Source: a virus
Reading direction: 5' to 3' (one strand)
Virus record (IMG/VR): IMGVR_UViG_3300036399_001951
Span: 1 to 64,000 of that record
DNA length: 64,000 nt
The notes below the pieces were generated by a model. That model was not told the origin of the DNA and searched no databases. It was given only the letters and a program-made list of their open reading frames with translations. Below, one piece after another: positions 63,281-64,000 of this stretch; position 1 is the stretch's first letter, and each line of letters opens with the position of its first letter. The position numbers were made by a program, and so were the translations under genes.

Positions 63281-64000
63281 ATGAAAGATATAATGTCCAA
63301 TAGTGGAGGATATTCCACAACTCGGGTATCTGCTATAGGCGGAGACTCTAAGGACAATAATTATATCTGGACAACTGAGAAGATAAATCAATTAATTGAT
63401 GACATCAATAGCGGGGTAAAGGACGTTCGAAAATTAGGAATGTCTCCATTTAAAGATAATGATATAAACTTAAGAAGAGAAAATTTACCATTTGAATATA
63501 CTCCAGAAGAAATCGAAGAGATGTCAAAGTGTAAATCTTCCTTAATCTATTTTGCGTTAAATTATTGCGTCATTCAAACCAACAACGGTAGAATGATAGT
63601 AAAGGACGCAGGAGGTCTTAGAGACTTTCAAAATCAGATTTTAAAAGCGTATAAAGATAACAATCTCAATATATTAATGGCAAGTCGTCAAACTGGTAAA
63701 ACAGTAACCTCTGCCATTTTTATTCTATGGTTTCTACTATTTCATCCCGATAAAACTGCTCTATGCGTAGCAGATAATTTTACAACCACTAAAGAATTAA
63801 TAGATAAATTTAAAATCAGTTTAGAAGGTCTTCCGTTCTTTATGAAGCCTGGGATTGATGTTGTTAATGCAAGTAATGTAAAATTCGATTCAAATAGTAG
63901 ATTAGTAGGACGAACAACAACTAAAAAATCAGGTATTGGTCTATCAGTTAACTTATTATATATAGATGAGTTTGCTCACATTAACGAAGCTAACTTAGAT
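63281..64000 (+). CDS. terL: Terminase large subunit (T4 gp17-like), partial; not in the ORF track
   Basis: Manual translation: LRDFQ, ASRQTGKT (Walker A), LLYIDEFAH (Walker B). Confidence 0.93.
   Translation, partial: MKDIMSNSGGYSTTRVSAIGGDSKDNNYIWTTEKINQLIDDINSGVKDVRKLGMSPFKDNDINLRRENLPFEYTPEEIEEMSKCKSSLIYFALNYCVIQTNNGRMIVKDAGGLRDFQNQILKAYKDNNLNILMASRQTGKTVTSAIFILWFLLFHPDKTALCVADNFTTTKELIDKFKISLEGLPFFMKPGIDVVNASNVKFDSNSRLVGRTTTKKSGIGLSVNLLYIDEFAHINEANLD

Overview
A 64 kb, AT-rich segment of a large T4-like (myovirus) phage genome in the standard genetic code. The host is probably in Bacteroidota, inferred from A-rich leaders without Shine-Dalgarno sites and from Bacteroidota-like Hc1, exonuclease and CphA-domain homologs. 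The left third is mostly on the minus strand and carries replication and host-takeover genes: PolB N-terminus, dimeric dUTPase/dCTPase, RNase H, gp32-like SSB, NrdAB, GroES/GroEL, a ribosomal S1-like protein, nucleases, sugar-nucleotide enzymes, a LOG protein and UvsE. It also holds an isolated tail sheath gene and two non-coding RNA clusters. A RuvC-like resolvase and a gp55-like late sigma factor lead into a ~30 kb structural block (baseplate/tail proteins, neck gp14/gp15-like, collagen-like Gly-X-Thr fibres). After that come a methyltransferase/glycosyltransferase pair, a late operon of small proteins with T4 capsid-targeting-like leaders, baseplate gp6 and the terminase genes. Most notable: (1) a stand-alone cyanophycin synthetase N-domain with an intact Cx19HxxEH hydrolase site, probably virion-packaged; (2) a family of putative injected internal proteins; (3) an unassigned ~424-nt ornate ncRNA plus several smaller structured RNAs, including a tRNA-like RNA with no anticodon arm; (4) a putative virion fibre glycosylation system. 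All product calls come from motif recognition by eye; no searches were run.
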